Assembly: GCA_964016885.1 (NCBI GenBank)
Contig: OZ024764.1
Span: 5,084,001 to 5,148,000 of the forward strand
Length of the DNA stretch: 64,000 bases
Reading direction: 5' to 3'
Origin: Eledone cirrhosa
Lineage: Eukaryota
Both the position numbers and the translations under genes were made by a program. The notes below the pieces were generated by a model, which saw only the letters and a list, made by a program, of their open reading frames with translations, had not been told where the DNA came from and ran no database searches. Shown piece by piece: positions 63,542 through 64,000 of the stretch (positions within the stretch are counted from its first letter, which is position 1; every line of letters starts with the position of its first letter).

Positions 63542-63571
63542 GAACACCACTAATTTCTCCAAAACAGTTAC
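63542..63571 (+). CDS. 30-nt symmetric micro-exon, class B (NTTNFSKTV)
   Basis: Identical to 41713-41742. Confidence 0.65.
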
Positions 63572-64000
63572 GTAAGTGTTACCTTAACATACTGTCTAAC
63601 CATTGTTTAATCTGCTCCTCCCTCTACCTCTCCCTTTATACACACACACACATATATACCCCTATATATATATGTATACACACACACACACAAATATATA
63701 CACATATATACATATATATATACACACATATATATATAATCACATATATATATACATATATACAAGCGAGACACGGCCTGCTGACCAATCTCGCCTTAAG
63801 TGGGACAAAACCGTCCAACCCATGCTAGCATGGAAGATGGACTTTAAATGATGATGATATATACACACTGACACATATATATATACATATATATATATAC
63901 ACATATATATACGCATATATTTATATATATATATGAGTTCAAGTCCGCCGAGGTTAACTTTGCCTTTCATCTTTACGAGGTCGATAAAATAAAGTACCAG

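Larger units (their letters stand above)
45646..64000. repeat. higher-order tandem unit 3 (runs off the window)
   Basis: Near-identical to unit 2 from ~46700 onward at an offset of ~21.83 kb. Confidence 0.9.

Noticed and set aside
624-63571. CRISPR-like reading (constant flanks with variable 30-42 nt spacers)
   Set aside because: The context is eukaryotic, modules are kilobases apart, the borders are exact spliceosomal signals, the inserts are related to one another and no cas genes are present.

Overview
AT-rich, repeat-saturated animal DNA that looks like coleoid cephalopod (octopus-type tRNA-SINEs, RTE LINEs with a PHD-type Cys cluster, (TA)n/(CA)n microsatellites). It has no conventional long gene; the ORF track is mostly RTE debris and minisatellite read-through. 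The window is a nested tandem array of three ~21-25 kb units (starting at 1, 20680 and 45646) built from smaller ~7.5, ~2.8 and ~1 kb cassettes. Each cassette carries one tiny + strand exon-like module: TTTAAC branch site, T-rich tract, CAG | 30, 36 or 42 nt | GTAAGT. There are 15 such modules (12 distinct sequences) plus a 33-nt remnant. All lengths are multiples of 3, only the phase-2 frame is open in every copy, and the exon interiors are far more divergent than the flanking intron DNA. This looks like the interior of a large gene with a hypervariable, combinatorial micro-exon array. A second notable element is a 310-bp tandem-plus-inverted array (21683-24393) whose units carry a minimal type-I hammerhead ribozyme motif of the Penelope/retrozyme kind. 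Taxon and function are inferences; no database or RNA data were consulted.
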